A stretch of 64,000 nt of DNA from Eutreptiella sp. 'Long Island Sound 2002' (Eukaryota; Protista; Euglenida): the NCBI GenBank assembly GCA_964036045.1, contig OZ038379.1, forward strand, positions 22,444,001 to 22,508,000, read 5' to 3'. Positions 63,136-64,000 of the stretch are shown one piece after another. Under the pieces are notes generated by a model. That model did no database searches. It had not been told where the DNA came from and worked only from the letters and a program-made list of their open reading frames with translations. Every line of letters starts with the position of its first letter. The stretch's first letter is position 1. The position numbers and the translations under genes were made by a program.

Positions 63136-63576
63136 CGGGGCAGTTGGGGCGGGGGGGGGGGGGATTGGCAGCTCAGACGGGGGGAGGGCCTGCGCGCGAC
63201 CCACTACTACCACATGCATACCTCTGGGGTGTGTGTGTGTCTGGGGCCATGGGGGTATAGAGGTACGTATGCGATAATAGCGATATCTTGTCTTTACCAG
63301 GAAGAAAGTCTTAAAGGTCTTCAGGACTAAAGGCATAGTACCCCCTTCAACTAAGCATGGGACAAAAAATTTGGCGCCGTTGACGCCATGGCCCCCGCAC
63401 CGCTATTTTTCAAAACTCTGGGGGTGGGGGGGGGAAGGGGGGGGGGCTGGAGGGGGTCGCATACAAGGACCGGGCCCGGCCGCCCACCCGTGGGTGCGGT
63501 GCTCTGCCCTTCGGGTGTCAGCCTCCCCCCGAGGAGACCCGAGGCGGGAACGGGGGACGTGTGGCACGGGGTGTAC

Positions 63577-63854
63577 CGGTGATGGCCCAGCGGCAGTGAC
63601 TCTTGAGGGCGTACGCTGCTTGGGCAGCTTTGGTTTTGGAGGACTTGATGTAGTGGGCCTCGTCCAAGACAATGCGCAGCCACTGCATGCGGTGGAGGGG
63701 GCTGGACTTGGGCTTGGAGGACGCGGCGCTGCCCTTGGACGCAGCGGATTTTGAGGAGGCGCTCTTTGAGGGTGCAGCACTGCCCTTTGTGGAGGAGCTG
63801 GCCCCAGTATCGGGGGCAAGGGACCCTGTGTTACATGAACCATTGTGTAACCCG
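63577..63854 (-). CDS. RAD5: RAD5/HLTF-like helicase exon (motifs II-III)
   Basis: SSPLHRMQWLRIVLDEAHYIKS..CRWAITG; donor G|GTACAC at 63576, phase 1; acceptor ccctgcag at 63855; 278 nt. Confidence 0.9.
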
Positions 63855-63976
63855 CTGCAGGGCAGGGCAGTACAGCCCCTGTGGCCGAGGGGGGGTGGGG
63901 TCATTTTCGGACTAACCCCGGTGGGCCTATCCCCCACTCACATCAGATTTTTTCTGAGGGGAAATTGAGAACTTAC

Positions 63977-64000
63977 CAAAGCGGCCGGCTCTCTGGCCCA
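63977..64000 (-). CDS. RAD5: 3' end of a further upstream exon of the RAD5-like gene (continues beyond window)
   Basis: Perfect donor TG|GTAAGT at 63976; phase 2 fits the next exon (..PESRPL C GLH..). Confidence 0.6.

Noticed and set aside
55226-63572. Alternative non-conventional intron using GTGCC/GGCAC end pairing
   Set aside because: The pairing is out of register with the euglenid +4/-6 rule, and GT-AG boundaries already give a perfect frame.
1-64000. rRNA, tRNA, spliced-leader RNA gene or telomeric array
   Set aside because: No diagnostic sequence recognised.

Overview
Eukaryotic nuclear DNA, rich in introns, repeats and poly-G/poly-C tracts. It is most likely from a photosynthetic euglenid; this is an inference from a class-I-type euglenid plastid presequence on a GST. 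Three spliced genes can be rebuilt by hand on the minus strand with GT-AG introns in consistent phase: (1) an ankyrin-repeat / coiled-coil / divergent kinase / PARP-domain (H-Y-E) fusion at 6086-15161, 5' end unresolved; (2) a plastid-targeted sigma-type glutathione S-transferase at 36543-42521; (3) the 3' part of a RAD5/HLTF-like SNF2 helicase with RING finger at 47762 to beyond 64000. Two intronless minus-strand ORFs are also present: an F-box protein with an in-frame TAG, and a Cys-rich protein with a CxxHD motif. At 17.3-21.1 kb, decayed intronless fragments of RACK1, glutamate synthase and an ABCC transporter sit end to end. The GST intron holds a decayed Mutator-type element (DDE, SWIM, Ulp1 protease). 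Repeats include an 84-bp hairpin satellite with higher-order structure, a 41-bp array, two 33-bp arrays (one forming a large foldback around a unique core) and TA-flanked MITEs. No rRNA, tRNA or CRISPR array was found. All family assignments come from motif recognition by eye, not database searches.
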